Assembly (NCBI GenBank): GCA_029881655.1
Contig: JAOUME010000001.1
Location: 2,351 to 66,350, forward strand
Length of the DNA stretch: 64,000 bases
Direction of reading: 5' to 3'
From: Deltaproteobacteria bacterium
GTDB lineage: Bacteria; SAR324; XYD2-FULL-50-16
The position numbers and the translations under genes were made by a program. A model generated the notes under the pieces. The model had not been told where the DNA came from. It saw nothing but the letters and a program-made list of their open reading frames with translations, and made no database searches. Positions within the stretch are counted from its first letter, which is position 1; each line of letters opens with the position of its first letter. Positions 63,650 through 64,000 of this stretch are shown here, piece by piece.

Positions 63650-64000
63650 GGAACCCTTTTTCATCTTTCAACTTAAATTCAAGTATCTTGCTCTCAGGAT
63701 TAAAGGGCTTTAGCTGATTTAGCCCCAGTTCTCCGGCGATTTCTTCAACCTTCTTCTCTTGCTGGCTACTTGAGAGTTCCTCGATCCGCCCAGGATCAAG
63801 CAGGGCCTCCAAGGGGATCATCCCCACCAGTTCAGAACCGGTTACGTCAACGCCAAGCCTGAGTGCTTCCTGGCGAATGGTATGAAATACCCGAACCAGT
63901 GGTGATTTTCTGAAATCTAAAATATTGGTGCTAACCTGAGCTTGTTGAAGCTCCTCCATGTACCAGCCGATCGCCTTGACGAATTTTAACATCCCTTCTC
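63639..64000 (-). CDS. Glutamate formiminotransferase, C-terminal part (gene runs off the window)
   Basis: VKAIGWY, QVSTN..DF..SP, EA.RLG..VTGSELVGMIP. Confidence 0.85.
   Translation of the reverse strand, partial: EGMLKFVKAIGWYMEELQQAQVSTNILDFRKSPLVRVFHTIRQEALRLGVDVTGSELVGMIPLEALLDPGRIEELSSSQQEKKVEEIAGELGLNQLKPFNPESKILEFKLKDEKGFHET

Overview
Gene-dense, AT-rich bacterial chromosomal segment, mostly core metabolism. It looks like a deltaproteobacterium-type/SAR324-like organism (inference from gene content only). Contents: partial GH57 branching enzyme, ferritin plus a BigR/SqrR-type ArsR regulator, serA-serC-proC, selD, radical SAM AmrS, leuA, trpS, gmhA, guaA, lolA, dksA, a GAF/HD-GYP protein, a TrmH/DUF790/HisJ cluster, rho-rpmE-prfA, flhF-flhG-fliA, murJ, lepB, thiD, a signal-peptide-bearing TPR-CHAT protease, the nqrABCDEF-apbE-nqrM operon, PilZ and LysM-M23 genes, a 1044-aa unknown protein, a divergent GH77 and partial glutamate formiminotransferase. 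Features missed by the ORF track: (1) selD is a selenoprotein with an in-frame UGA and a SECIS hairpin; (2) a Leu-rich leader peptide with a full attenuator upstream of leuA; (3) a 1-nt frameshift in nqrC; (4) a decayed FN3+discoidin lipoprotein pseudogene; (5) an internally deleted IS3-family relic; (6) a sigma54 promoter for fliA and palindromic operators at the ferritin and nqr promoters. I saw no rRNA, tRNA, CRISPR array or prophage. I cannot establish a clearly new multi-gene system; the best candidates are the ferritin/persulfide-sensor unit, the exported TPR-CHAT protease, the helicase-less DUF790 nuclease cluster and the 1044-aa unknown.
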